64,000 bases of DNA from a virus. Lineage: Duplodnaviria > Caudoviricetes. A program made the position numbers and the translations under genes. The notes beneath the pieces are model-generated. The model had not been told where the DNA came from. It worked only from the letters and a program-made list of their open reading frames with translations, and searched no databases. Below, one piece after another: positions 20,382 through 32,300 of this stretch; positions within the stretch are counted from its first letter, which is position 1; every line of letters begins with the position of its first letter. The DNA is taken from the IMG/VR virus record IMGVR_UViG_2872355237_000003. One strand, 5' to 3'.

Positions 20382-21029
20382 GTGAATAAAGAATTAATTA
20401 TCGAAAAAACTAAAGAATATGTTAAATCAAGATTAGAAGGAGAAGGATCAGGACATGACTGGTATCATATATTAAGAGTATATAATAATGCAATAGATAT
20501 AGCACGAAATGAAGAAAATGTAGATATATTTATTGTGAAGTTGGGGGCTTTATTACATGATATAGCGGATCATAAATTTGGATATAATGACGATGATAGA
20601 AAAAATATAATTTCAGGGTTTTTAAGCAAATATGATGTATCACAGGAAGACATAAAGGAAGTAGTGTATATTACAAATTATATTTCATTCAAGGGTGGTA
20701 CAAATAACCATGTTATGAAATCAATAGAGGGGAAAATAGTGCAAGATGCAGATAGACTGGATGCAATGGGTGCTATAGGAATAAGTAGAGCATTTACTTA
20801 CGGTGGTTATATAAATAGGCCAATGTATGATGTTAACCCAAATAATATAGAACATGAAAAAAGGGATGGCTATATAAATACCGATACCATAACTCATTTC
20901 TATGAAAAATTATTATTGCTTAAAGATAGAATGAATACTAATACAGGGAGAAAAAAAGCAATAATAAGACATAAAACCATGGAAATGTTTTTAGATATGT
21001 TTTTTAAAGAGTGGAATGGTGAAATTTGA
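20382..21029 (+). CDS. HD-domain phosphohydrolase (YedJ-like)
   Basis: GHDWYH..RV, ALLHD, QDADRLDAMGAIG and HFYEKLL motifs. Confidence 0.9.
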   Translation: MNKELIIEKTKEYVKSRLEGEGSGHDWYHILRVYNNAIDIARNEENVDIFIVKLGALLHDIADHKFGYNDDDRKNIISGFLSKYDVSQEDIKEVVYITNYISFKGGTNNHVMKSIEGKIVQDADRLDAMGAIGISRAFTYGGYINRPMYDVNPNNIEHEKRDGYINTDTITHFYEKLLLLKDRMNTNTGRKKAIIRHKTMEMFLDMFFKEWNGEI

Positions 21030-21030
21030 T

Positions 21031-21059
21031 AGTATAAGTATTGGAATAATGCTTATACT
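21031..21059 (+). terminator. terminator-like hairpin after the HD gene
   Basis: AGTATAAGTATT ggaat AATGCTTATACT. Confidence 0.5.
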
Positions 21060-21628
21060 GTATTTAAAGCTATCAAATACACTTAAGTACAGAGATTAGA
21101 TGATAATCCTAAATTTAATCCACTTCCATTGATTTTCTGAGATGCGTATACCCATAAAAAATTAATATTATAATAATAAAAAGTTTCTAGATGCTTTACA
21201 AATAATTCCTTTTAGTCTGTATTCTAAACAAGTAATTTTTTCTTAAGTGTTAAAATTGTATTGACGTTGCTCTAAATTATTAAAATCATCAATAGGTTTA
21301 TTATCAATTGTAACATTGCTTATAGAAATAGTAATACTATAATTATTTTTTATACAATAAATTATACATTCATATTATATTAATATATAACCTTTGAGTT
21401 AGTTTTATATAAGAAGATATCTTAGGAATAGTATTTGTATGACAATATTTTTATTTTAATGACAATATGTGAATTATTAGTACATATTTGTTTTTAAAAG
21501 ATAAAATTAATTACTTAATTACAATGAATAAATTTTGTTAATAAATAATTAATATTACAAAGAGAATATTTACATATTGTGCTATATAAGTTATAATCAT
21601 GTAAAACGTATTAAAAGGGGATGTCAAT

Positions 21629-22168
21629 ATGAATGATTTATTTTATGCTATAGAAAATTTAAAGCATGATAATCAGCACTTTGACTTTATTGAAATGTCT
21701 CTAAAAAAATATATTGAAAAAACTTCTAAAAAGTATAATTTATATTATGATTATTATAATGATATACTCTATCATTTATGGAAAGAACTTATTGAAATTA
21801 ACTTAAAGAATTTTAATTCTGAATTAGATTTAAGAAAATATATTAGTACAAGTATAAAAAGATATTGTATAAATATTTGTAAGAAAAAAAATAGAGATAA
21901 GAAAATTATATATAATTTGGAAGCAACATATAAAAAATTGGACGCTGTAAATGTTTATTCTTTATATTGTGAGGATTTTGAGTTTTTAGATTTAATATCC
22001 ATATTAAATTACAAGGAAAAGCAAATTATATATATGAAATTTTTTGAATGTAGAAAAGATAATGAAATAGCTAGAAGACTTCATTTAAGTCGTCAATCTA
22101 TATATAAGATTAGAATTAAGTCTTTAAAAAAGTTGTATCCTATAGTAATGCAATTAGTTAATATTTGA
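21629..22168 (+). CDS. botR: alternative sigma factor of the toxin cluster (BotR/C, TcdR family)
   Basis: 179 aa with C-terminal HTH (EIARRLHLSRQSIYK), in the group III position upstream of ha70. Confidence 0.95.
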   Translation: MNDLFYAIENLKHDNQHFDFIEMSLKKYIEKTSKKYNLYYDYYNDILYHLWKELIEINLKNFNSELDLRKYISTSIKRYCINICKKKNRDKKIIYNLEATYKKLDAVNVYSLYCEDFEFLDLISILNYKEKQIIYMKFFECRKDNEIARRLHLSRQSIYKIRIKSLKKLYPIVMQLVNI

Positions 22169-22187
22169 TTAATATTTATATTTACGT

Positions 22188-22228
22188 AAATAAGATAATG
22201 TCTATATTATATAGGCATTATCTTATTT
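22188..22228. terminator. bidirectional terminator between botR and ha70
   Basis: AAATAAGATAATGTCTAT...ATAGGCATTATCTTATTT inverted repeat between convergent genes. Confidence 0.7.
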
Positions 22229-22243
22229 GTTTAATTATAAATA

Positions 22244-24115
22244 TTAATTAGTAATATTTATATTGAATCTTATATTGTAGTTATTTAATTGCGCAATTTT
22301 AACTTTTAATATATAAATTGCTCCATTCAATAGTTGTATTGATTCATTATTATTTAATAGAGATGAATATGATTTTATATTAATAAGATTATATCCATTA
22401 ATACTTTCGGTAACTCTATATAAATCTCCATTTGATTGATTATTAGTAGTATAAAGTATAAGGTTAGATTTATCTTTATTATTAAAGTTTCCTGGAATTA
22501 TGAATTCGTATGAAATATAGTCTCCAACATCAGGACTTTGTCGAGTATAATAATGCAAACCTGAAGAGTTAAGGTTATCTATGATGTTAACTGTAGAATC
22601 TGCTAAAATTTGAAGGTTTCCCAAGTCTCTTTTAAAGTTTATTTGATTTGTAGTACTAGAAGGTATTTGTGGTATTCTAATATAATAATTTTTATCTTTA
22701 AATAAAGAAACAACCAAGTAACTTTTAGCATCAGAACGGTTTAATCCAGTGATATATTTAATTGCTTTAATATTATCATTTGATAAATTATTTAAGTTCA
22801 TATTTCTATTACTAGAGCCTATAGCTTCATATATTATTAGTGGTGGTAGATTATTTTTAGTAGTAATTTTATATACACCTGTTGTATTTACTTTAAATAA
22901 TACATAACATCCATTATTTTGTATGGAAGTTGGAATGTTATATGTGTAGTCATCTGGAATAGGAGTGCTTATTTCTTCTATATTTTCAGAAGGGTTTATA
23001 ACACCTACTATAATATTTTCATTAGGTCCAGTTTGTATAAATCCATCTTGCTCTACTGGAGTTTCAACTACTGGTGCTTGTGGTGAAGGAGCATCACTGA
23101 CTTCACACTTTCCTAAAGAAGGAAGGTAATATTCGGCTTTATCACCAATGTTTCCATTTTGATAGTTTATTAGTTCATATTTTTCATAAGTATTATAAGC
23201 TTTCATAGATATATTTTTATTATCAGGAGCTTCTTCTACAAATTTAAATAATGCGGTTGAGGTATTAAATAATTGTATATTAAAAGCATCGTTAAGTCTT
23301 GCTTCCGTATATTCTTGAGAGAAAAGTGTAGGATTACTAGTATTGAATATTGGCCTAGTGGTATTTCTTAGACGTGGCTGAATAATGCTACCAGATGTAT
23401 TTGACTCAATTAATAATGTTCCTATCAAGTCTTTATCATTTGTTCTCATATATCCATCACCTTTATTAATAACATATAATCCATTAGGATAAGGAAGTAT
23501 TGTTTGTGATGTATTAAAATTTATATTATTATTTAAATTGTTTGATTCTTTAGCTAGAGTAGCATCATCAATTTTTTTATAGATGAATTTTTCATTTAAT
23601 ATGCACTTATCTTCACTTGTAAAATAAAAGTTTTTATCTATTTGTTCTCCAGAATTAAATTCTATTGATTTTGCATATCCAAGAGAGGGTACATACAGAA
23701 CAGCTCTTTCAATAACAGTATTTCGTAAAACTTTTATTATTTCATATCTTATATAAGTATATTGTAAATACATATATAAACCTTTATTTGAGGGAGCAGT
23801 TTTACTAAATTCAAATCCTATTGGAATTTCAGAAGCTTCAGTAAAATTAGCAAATACATTTTGTACATTATTTCTAATATATTCTTCATTAAAAGATGCT
23901 GTAGGATAATAATATGGTGTGGCAGTTTCTCTTATACGTAAATCCCCAACTATTGCTGTACAACCATTATTACTTATATTTCCACCAAGGTTTTGGTTTT
24001 GTCTAGATAGTATCCAGCCATCGCCTCTATTAACTACATAGTTACCATCAGCTAAATTAACATTATTTATAGATTTATCTTTGGTATAATAAAGTTCTTT
24101 TATAGATAAACTCAT
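22244..24115 (-). CDS. ha70: hemagglutinin HA70
   Basis: 623 aa, [34 protein letters not shown], recognised as type C/D HA70. Confidence 0.97.
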   Translation of the reverse strand: MSLSIKELYYTKDKSINNVNLADGNYVVNRGDGWILSRQNQNLGGNISNNGCTAIVGDLRIRETATPYYYPTASFNEEYIRNNVQNVFANFTEASEIPIGFEFSKTAPSNKGLYMYLQYTYIRYEIIKVLRNTVIERAVLYVPSLGYAKSIEFNSGEQIDKNFYFTSEDKCILNEKFIYKKIDDATLAKESNNLNNNINFNTSQTILPYPNGLYVINKGDGYMRTNDKDLIGTLLIESNTSGSIIQPRLRNTTRPIFNTSNPTLFSQEYTEARLNDAFNIQLFNTSTALFKFVEEAPDNKNISMKAYNTYEKYELINYQNGNIGDKAEYYLPSLGKCEVSDAPSPQAPVVETPVEQDGFIQTGPNENIIVGVINPSENIEEISTPIPDDYTYNIPTSIQNNGCYVLFKVNTTGVYKITTKNNLPPLIIYEAIGSSNRNMNLNNLSNDNIKAIKYITGLNRSDAKSYLVVSLFKDKNYYIRIPQIPSSTTNQINFKRDLGNLQILADSTVNIIDNLNSSGLHYYTRQSPDVGDYISYEFIIPGNFNNKDKSNLILYTTNNQSNGDLYRVTESINGYNLINIKSYSSLLNNNESIQLLNGAIYILKVKIAQLNNYNIRFNINITN

Positions 24116-24128
24116 AATATCTTCCCCT

Positions 24129-24569
24129 TTAAAGTTTTTCTAATTTTAAAATTTGATTAGAATTATTTATATCGAAATTAGGTAAGTTTAAAATAGGTTG
24201 ATCTGTAATATTATTATTGTTATCATAAATAGTCCATGCGTAATCTGTTACATTTACTATACTAAGAGTACATATGATATAAGAATTTATAGCAATTTTA
24301 ATAGGATTCCATAAACTATTATTAGATGATGAACTTAAATAAATGAAACCATAATCATTATAAGCTAAATATTTATTAGGCTCTGCTACATTAGAAAACC
24401 TAAAACCATTACTTGAGGATATATATTCTAACTTCCACTTTTGATTATCCAAAGAAGATGTATTTAAAAATGATAATGATCCTGATAAATAAGTTAGATA
24501 CAAGGAATCTGAAAATAAAGATTTTATTTTATAATTACCATTAGGTAAAAAGGTTCTTTCACTTGACAT
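24129..24569 (-). CDS. ha17: hemagglutinin HA17
   Basis: 146 aa from [17 protein letters not shown]; ricin-type QxW repeats. Confidence 0.97.
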   Translation of the reverse strand: MSSERTFLPNGNYKIKSLFSDSLYLTYLSGSLSFLNTSSLDNQKWKLEYISSSNGFRFSNVAEPNKYLAYNDYGFIYLSSSSNNSLWNPIKIAINSYIICTLSIVNVTDYAWTIYDNNNNITDQPILNLPNFDINNSNQILKLEKL

Positions 24570-24630
24570 ATAATTCACCTCTTTTAAGTTAAATATTTCT
24601 AAGTTAAATAAATATAATACAAATAATATT

Positions 24631-25491
24631 TTATATTAAAATTATAATCCATTGTTGATTGGTATTTCCATGGTAAGAATCTACTATAACATGAGTTCCA
24701 TTTGCTATTTGACTATTATATACATCTAATACTCTGTTTGTATCTTGTAAATTATAAAGTATATATTTACTTGCATCGTTGTCTAGGTAATTTATATTCC
24801 AATATTGTATTAATGAATCAGTAGACTGATAAGTTTCTACATAGTTGTTTGAATTTTGAATCCATGTTAAATATCTATTATTCTCTTGACATTTAAGTGT
24901 ATATGCCGATTTAGTTTCATTATACTCAATAAGCCATTTTTGACGAGATGAATCAAACCATTGCCATAAAACAATTATTTGACTATTCAAATTTTTAGAT
25001 AAAAATCTATCAGAATTTAATTGCGTTTGTAATTTACAATTACGATTATTCAATGCTTCATATATACAATTAGAGAATTTAAAAAACTGATTGTTAGAGC
25101 TTGTTTGTGTAGAAACTATTAAAGTATCATCTGTATTATATTGTAAAACTAAATTTGGATTCATATAGTTTCTTATAATTACATTCCTAGAAATATAGTC
25201 CTGAAGCAAATACCAATATTGGTTATTTGTATTTGTATCGGTTTTTACTGATACAGAAGATAATGGTGCGTCCCATGTTAAGATAAGAGATGTATTATCC
25301 ATAACTTTTATTTTATAAGCTTGTTTATTAGTGTCATAAATTAATCTCCATTTTTGATTTGATCCTAAGTTTTTACTCCATAGTTTAACTTCGCTTTGTG
25401 AAATCTTGTCTAAAACTTTATTTGTGCTATTTGAAGGACTAATAAAAAACACTTCATTATTTCTTAAATCATTTGCATTTGTTTGAGACAT
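24631..25491 (-). CDS. ha33: hemagglutinin HA33
   Basis: 286 aa from [12 protein letters not shown]; two beta-trefoil domains with QxW repeats; RBS GGGGAGG. Confidence 0.97.
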   Translation of the reverse strand: MSQTNANDLRNNEVFFISPSNSTNKVLDKISQSEVKLWSKNLGSNQKWRLIYDTNKQAYKIKVMDNTSLILTWDAPLSSVSVKTDTNTNNQYWYLLQDYISRNVIIRNYMNPNLVLQYNTDDTLIVSTQTSSNNQFFKFSNCIYEALNNRNCKLQTQLNSDRFLSKNLNSQIIVLWQWFDSSRQKWLIEYNETKSAYTLKCQENNRYLTWIQNSNNYVETYQSTDSLIQYWNINYLDNDASKYILYNLQDTNRVLDVYNSQIANGTHVIVDSYHGNTNQQWIIILI

Positions 25492-25532
25492 ATTAATTCC
25501 TCCCCTATTTACATTTTTGTCTTTCACTTACA

Positions 25533-25561
25533 TATAACATATTTAAGCCGAATTTTGTAAA
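25533..25561 (-). promoter_or_regulatory. BotR-dependent promoter of the ha operon
   Basis: Minus-strand TTTACA-17 bp-GTTATA, the BotR/TcdR-type consensus. Confidence 0.85.
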
Positions 25562-25618
25562 CCTAAAATTATAATATATTTATTTTTTTAAATGATTTAT
25601 ATATTTTTATATTTTAGG

Positions 25619-25647
25619 TTTACAAAAAACGATGAAGAAATGTTATA
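25619..25647 (+). promoter_or_regulatory. BotR-dependent promoter of the ntnh-bont operon
   Basis: TTTACA-17 bp-GTTATA. The two -35 regions form the inverted pair TTTTGTAAACCTAAAAT / ATTTTAGGTTTACAAAA. Confidence 0.85.
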
Positions 25648-25753
25648 TATAAGTGATAGAAACAATATAAAAAATTATTTTTAAATGAAGGAGGTATATA
25701 AAATGTAAACAACTAAATGAATTTATAAAAATAATAGAGGAGAGTGATTATAT

Positions 25754-28700
25754 ATGGATATAAACGACGACTTAAATATAAATTCTCCAGTGGATAATAA
25801 AAATGTTGTAATAGTTAGGGCTAGAAAAACTAATACTTTTTTCAAAGCTTTTAAAGTTGCTCCTAATATTTGGGTAGCTCCAGAAAGATATTATGGAGAA
25901 CCTTTAGATATTGCTGAAGAATATAAACTTGATGGAGGAATATATGATTCTAATTTTCTTTCACAAGATAGTGAAAGGGAAAATTTTTTACAAGCTATTA
26001 TAACTTTATTGAAGAGAATAAATAATACTATTTCTGGTAAACAATTGTTATCTTTAATTTCTACAGCAATTCCATTTCCTTATGGATATGTAGGAGGAGG
26101 ATATTCTTCACCAAATATATTTACTTTTGGAAAAACACCAAAATCTAATAAAAAACTAAATTCGTTAGTTACAAGTACTATTCCATTTCCTTTCGGGGGA
26201 TATAGAGAGACAAATTATATTGAATCTCAAAATAATAAAAATTTTTATGCATCTAATATAGTTATTTTTGGTCCAGGATCGAATATAGTAGAAAATAATG
26301 TTATATGCTATAAAAAGAATGATGCTGAGAATGGTATGGGAACAATGGCTGAAATATTATTTCAACCACTATTAACTTATAAATATAATAAATTTTATAT
26401 AGATCCTGCAATGGAGCTAACTAAATGCTTAATAAAATCTCTTTATTTTTTATATGGAATAAAACCTAGTGATGGTTTAGTAGTTCCATATAGATTAAGA
26501 ACAGAACTAGATAATAAGCAATTTTCTCAACTAAATATAATTGATTTATTAATATCTGGAGGGGTTGACCTTGAGTTTATAAATACAAATCCATATTGGT
26601 TTACAAATAGTTATTTCTCAAATTCAATAAAAATGTTTGAAAAATATAAAAATATTTATGAAACTGAAATTGAAGGGAATAATGCTATTGGAAATGATAT
26701 AAAATTACGTCTAAGACAAAAATTTGAAAATAGTGTTCAGGATATATGGAATTTAAACTTAAATTATTTTTCTAAGGAATTTAATAGCATAATACCAGAC
26801 AGATTTAGTAACGCACTTAAACATTTTTATAGAAAACAGTATTATACAATGGATTATACTGATAATTATAATATAAATGGTTTTGTTAATGGTCAAATTA
26901 ATACTAAGTTACCTTTGTCTGACAAAAATACAAATATAATAAGTAAACCTGAAAAAGTAGTAAATCTAGTAAATGAAAATAATATTTCATTAATGAAAAG
27001 TAATATTTATGGAGATGGATTAAAGGGTACTACAGAAGATTTTTATAGTACTTATAAGATTCCATATAATGAAGAATATGAATATCGTTTCAATGATTCG
27101 GATAATTTCCCTTTAAATAATATAAGTATAGAAGAAGTAGATAGTATTCCAGAAATTATAGATATTAACCCATATAAAGATAATAGTGATAACTTAGTAT
27201 TTACACAGATAACGAGTATGACTGAAGAAGTTACTACACATACTGCTTTACCTATAAATTATCTTCAAGCTCAGATTACTACTAATGAAAACTTCACATT
27301 ATCTTCAGACTTTTCAAAAGTTGTTTCCTCTAAAGATAAGTCATTAGTATATTCTTTCTTAGATAATTTAATGAGTTATTTAGAAACTATAAAAAATGAT
27401 GGTCCTATTGATACAGATAAAAAGTATTATTTGTGGTTAAAAGAAGTCTTTAAAAACTATTCATTTGATATTAATCTTACTCAAGAAATTGATAGTAGCT
27501 GTGGCATTAATGAAGTTGTTATTTGGTTTGGCAAAGCTTTAAATATATTAAATACATCAAATTCTTTTGTAGAAGAATATCAAAATTCAGGTCCAATTTC
27601 TCTTATCAGTAAAAAAGATAATCTAAGCGAACCCAATATAGAAATTGATGACATACCAGATAGTTTATTAGGACTATCATTTAAAGATTTAAATAATAAA
27701 TTATATGAAATATATTCTAAGAATATAGTTTATTTTAAGAAGATATACTTTAATTTCTTAGATCAATGGTGGACTGAATATTATAGTCAATATTTTGAAT
27801 TAATTTGTATGGCAAAACAGTCAATATTAGCTCAAGAAAGCTTAGTAAAACAAATAATACAAAATAAATTTACTGATTTATCCAAAGCTAGTATTCCACC
27901 TGATACATTAAAATTAATTAAGGAAACTACAGAGAAGACATTTATAGATTTATCAAACGAATCACAAATATCAATGAATCGTGTAGATAATTTTTTAAAT
28001 AAGGCCTCTATATGTGTTTTTGTTGAGGATATATATCCTAAGTTTATTTCTTATATGGAAAAGTATATTAATAATATAAATATTAAGACAAGAGAATTTA
28101 TACAAAGATGTACTAATATTAATGACAATGAAAAGTCGATTTTAATTAATAGTTATACTTTCAAAACTATTGATTTCAAGTTCTTAAATATACAAGCTAT
28201 TAAAAACTTTTTTAATTCACAAGTTGAACAAGTAATGAAGGAAATGTTATCTCCTTATCAACTATTATTATTTGCAACAAGAGGACCAAATAGTAATATA
28301 ATCGAGGATATTTCTGGAAAAAATACATTGATACAATATACAGAATCTGTAGAATTAGTTTATGGTGTAAATGGAGAATCATTATATCTAAAATCTCCTA
28401 ATGAAACGGTTGAATTTTCTAATAATTTCTTCACAAATGGATTAACTAATAATTTTACAATTTGTTTCTGGTTAAGATTCACAGGAAAAGATGATGATAA
28501 AACTAGATTAATAGGAAATAAGGTTAATAATTGTGGTTGGGAAATTTATTTTGAAGATAATGGATTAGTTTTTGAAATAATAGATTCAAACGGCAATCAA
28601 GAAAGTGTATATTTATCTAATGTTATAAATAACAATTGGTACTATATATCAATATCAGTTGATCGTTTAAAAGATCAATTATTAATATTTATTAATGATA

Positions 28701-29344
28701 AAAATGTTGCAAATGTAAGTATCGAGCAAATACTAAATATTTATTCTACTAATGTAATATCTTTAGTTAATAAGAATAATTCAATCTATGTAGAAGAATT
28801 ATCTGTTTTAGATAAGACTGTTACAAGCGAAGAAGTTATAAGAAATTACTTTAGTTATTTAGATAATTCATATATAAGAGATAGTTCTAAATCACTATTA
28901 GAATATAATAAAAACTATCAATTATACAATTATGTATTTCCCAAGACTTCTTTATATGAAGTTAATGATAATAATAAGTCGTATTTGTCACTAAAAAATA
29001 CAGATGGTATTAATATTCCAAGTGTTAAATTTAAATTAATAAATATAGATGAAAGTAAAGGATATGTACAAAAGTGGGATGAGTGTATAATTTGTGTATC
29101 AGACGGTACAGAAAAATATTTAGATATATCTCCTGAAAATAATAGAATACAATTAGTAAGTTCCAAAGATAATGCAAAAAAGATTACAGTTAATACTGAT
29201 TTATTTAGACCTGATTGTATAACATTTTCATATAATGATAAATATTTTTCTCTATCACTTAGAGATGGAGATTATAATTGGATGATATGTAATGACAATA
29301 ACAAGGTGCCTAAAGGCGCACATTTGTGGATATTAGAAAGTTAG
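25754..29344 (+). CDS. ntnh: non-toxic non-hemagglutinin NTNH
   Basis: 1196 aa, FKAFKVAPNIWVAPERYYG, no HExxH motif; directly upstream of bont. Confidence 0.98.
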   Translation: MDINDDLNINSPVDNKNVVIVRARKTNTFFKAFKVAPNIWVAPERYYGEPLDIAEEYKLDGGIYDSNFLSQDSERENFLQAIITLLKRINNTISGKQLLSLISTAIPFPYGYVGGGYSSPNIFTFGKTPKSNKKLNSLVTSTIPFPFGGYRETNYIESQNNKNFYASNIVIFGPGSNIVENNVICYKKNDAENGMGTMAEILFQPLLTYKYNKFYIDPAMELTKCLIKSLYFLYGIKPSDGLVVPYRLRTELDNKQFSQLNIIDLLISGGVDLEFINTNPYWFTNSYFSNSIKMFEKYKNIYETEIEGNNAIGNDIKLRLRQKFENSVQDIWNLNLNYFSKEFNSIIPDRFSNALKHFYRKQYYTMDYTDNYNINGFVNGQINTKLPLSDKNTNIISKPEKVVNLVNENNISLMKSNIYGDGLKGTTEDFYSTYKIPYNEEYEYRFNDSDNFPLNNISIEEVDSIPEIIDINPYKDNSDNLVFTQITSMTEEVTTHTALPINYLQAQITTNENFTLSSDFSKVVSSKDKSLVYSFLDNLMSYLETIKNDGPIDTDKKYYLWLKEVFKNYSFDINLTQEIDSSCGINEVVIWFGKALNILNTSNSFVEEYQNSGPISLISKKDNLSEPNIEIDDIPDSLLGLSFKDLNNKLYEIYSKNIVYFKKIYFNFLDQWWTEYYSQYFELICMAKQSILAQESLVKQIIQNKFTDLSKASIPPDTLKLIKETTEKTFIDLSNESQISMNRVDNFLNKASICVFVEDIYPKFISYMEKYINNINIKTREFIQRCTNINDNEKSILINSYTFKTIDFKFLNIQAIKNFFNSQVEQVMKEMLSPYQLLLFATRGPNSNIIEDISGKNTLIQYTESVELVYGVNGESLYLKSPNETVEFSNNFFTNGLTNNFTICFWLRFTGKDDDKTRLIGNKVNNCGWEIYFEDNGLVFEIIDSNGNQESVYLSNVINNNWYYISISVDRLKDQLLIFINDKNVANVSIEQILNIYSTNVISLVNKNNSIYVEELSVLDKTVTSEEVIRNYFSYLDNSYIRDSSKSLLEYNKNYQLYNYVFPKTSLYEVNDNNKSYLSLKNTDGINIPSVKFKLINIDESKGYVQKWDECIICVSDGTEKYLDISPENNRIQLVSSKDNAKKITVNTDLFRPDCITFSYNDKYFSLSLRDGDYNWMICNDNNKVPKGAHLWILES

Positions 29345-29358
29345 GAGATGTTAGTATT

Positions 29359-32300
29359 ATGCCAATAACAATTAACAACTTTAATTATTCAGATCCTGTT
29401 GATAATAAAAATATTTTATATTTAGATACTCATTTAAATACATTAGCTAATGAGCCTGAAAAAGCCTTTCGCATTATAGGGAATATATGGGTAATACCCG
29501 ATAGATTTTCAAGAGATTCTAATCCAAATTTAAATAAACCTCCTCGAGTTACAAGCCCTAAAAGTGGTTATTATGATCCTAATTATTTGAGTACTGATTC
29601 TGAAAAAGATACATTTTTAAAAGAAATTATAAAGTTATTTAAAAGAATTAACTCTAGAGAAATAGGAGAAGAATTAATATATAGACTTGCAACAGACATA
29701 CCCTTTCCTGGGAATAACAATACTCCAATTAATACTTTTGATTTTGATGTAGATTTTAACAGTGTTGATGTTAAAACTAGACAAGGTAACAACTGGGTTA
29801 AAACTGGTAGTATAAATCCTAGTGTTATAATAACTGGACCTAGAGAAAACATTATAGACCCAGAAACTTCTACGTTTAAATTAACTAACAATACTTTTGC
29901 GGCACAAGAAGGATTTGGTGCTTTATCAATAATTTCAATATCACCTAGATTTATGCTAACATATAGTAATGCAACTAATAATGTAGGAGAGGGTAGATTT
30001 TCTAAGTCTGAATTTTGCATGGATCCAATACTAATTTTAATGCATGAACTTAATCATGCAATGCATAATTTATATGGAATAGCTATACCAAATGATCAAA
30101 GAATTTCATCTGTAACTAGTAATATTTTTTATTCTCAATATAATGTGAAATTAGAGTATGCAGAAATATATGCATTTGGAGGTCCAACTATAGACCTTAT
30201 TCCTAAAAGTGCAAGGAAATATTTTGAGGAAAAGGCATTGGATTATTATAGATCCATAGCTAAAAGACTTAATAGTATAACTACTGCAAATCCTTCAAGC
30301 TTTAATAAATATATAGGAGAATATAAACAGAAACTTATTAGAAAGTATAGATTCGTAGTAGAATCTTCAGGTGAAGTTGCAGTAGATCGTAATAAGTTTG
30401 CTGAGTTATATAAAGAACTTACACAAATATTTACAGAATTTAACTACGCTAAAATATATAATGTACAAAATAGGAAAATATATCTTTCAAATGTATATAC
30501 TCCGGTTACGGCAAATATATTAGACGATAATGTTTATGATATACAAAATGGATTTAACATACCTAAAAGTAATTTAAATGTACTATTTATGGGTCAAAAT
30601 TTATCTCGAAATCCAGCATTAAGAAAAGTCAATCCTGAAAATATGCTTTATTTATTTACAAAATTTTGCCATAAAGCAATAGATGGTAGATCATTATATA
30701 ATAAAACATTAGATTGTAGAGAGCTTTTAGTTAAAAATACTGACTTACCCTTTATAGGTGATATTAGTGATATCAAAACTGATATATTTTTAAGCAAAGA
30801 TATTAATGAAGAAACTGAAGTTATAGACTATCCGGACAATGTTTCAGTGGATCAAGTTATTCTCAGTAAGAATACCTCAGAACATGGACAACTAGATTTA
30901 TTATACCCTATTATTGAAGGTGAGAGTCAAGTATTACCGGGAGAGAATCAAGTCTTTTATGATAATAGAACTCAAAATGTTGATTATTTGAATTCTTATT
31001 ATTACCTAGAATCTCAAAAACTAAGTGATAATGTTGAAGATTTTACTTTTACGACATCAATTGAGGAAGCTTTGGATAATAGTGGAAAAGTATATACTTA
31101 CTTTCCTAAACTAGCTGATAAAGTAAATACGGGTGTTCAAGGTGGTTTATTTTTAATGTGGGCAAATGATGTAGTTGAAGATTTTACTACAAATATTCTA
31201 AGAAAAGATACATTAGATAAAATATCAGATGTATCAGCTATTATTCCCTATATAGGACCTGCATTAAATATAAGTAATTCTGTAAGAAGGGGAAATTTTA
31301 CTGAAGCATTTGCAGTTACCGGTGTAACTATTTTATTAGAAGCATTTCCAGAATTTACAATACCTGCACTTGGTGCATTTGTGATTTATAGTAAGGTTCA
31401 AGAAAGAAACGAGATTATTAAAACTATAGATAATTGTTTAGAACAAAGGATTAAAAGATGGAAAGATTCATATGAATGGATGATAGGAACGTGGTTATCC
31501 AGGATTACTACTCAATTTAATAATATAAGTTATCAAATGTATGATTCTTTAAATTATCAGGCAGATGCAATCAAAGATAAAATAGATTTAGAATATAAAA
31601 AATACTCAGGAAGTGATAAAGAAAATATAAAAAGTCAAGTTGAAAATTTAAAAAATAGTTTAGATGTAAAAATCTCGGAAGCAATGAATAATATAAATAA
31701 ATTTATACGAGAATGTTCTGTAACATACTTATTTAAAAATATGCTCCCTAAAGTAATTGATGAATTAAATAAGTTTGATTTAAAAACTAAAACAGAATTA
31801 ATGAATCTTATAGATAGTCATAATATTATTTTAGTTGGTGAAGTAGATAGATTAAAAGCAAAAGTAAATGGGAGCTTTGAAAATACAATACCCTTTAACA
31901 TTTTTTCATATACTAATAATTCTTTATTAAAAGATATAATTAATGAATATTTCAATAGTATTAATGATTCAAAAATTTTGAGCTTACAAAACAAAAAAAA
32001 TGCTTTAGTGGATACATCAGGATATAATGCAGAAGTGAGGGTAGAAGGCGATGTTCAAGTTAATACGATATATACAAATGACTTTAAATTAAGTAGTTCA
32101 GGAGATAAAATTATAGTAAATTTAAATAATAATATTTTATATAGCGCTATTTATGAGAACTCTAGTGTTAGTTTTTGGATTAAGATATCTAAAGATTTAA
32201 CTAATTCTCATAATGAATATACTATAATTAATAGTATAAAACAAAATTCTGGGTGGAAATTATGTATTAGGAATGGCAATATAGAATGGATTTTACAAGA

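Noticed and set aside
29326-29358. 11-aa N-terminal extension of the toxin, giving 1291 aa
   Set aside because: It results from an upstream GTG inside ntnh. The RBS AGGAG precedes ATG 29359, giving 1280 aa; the match to the type C length is coincidental.
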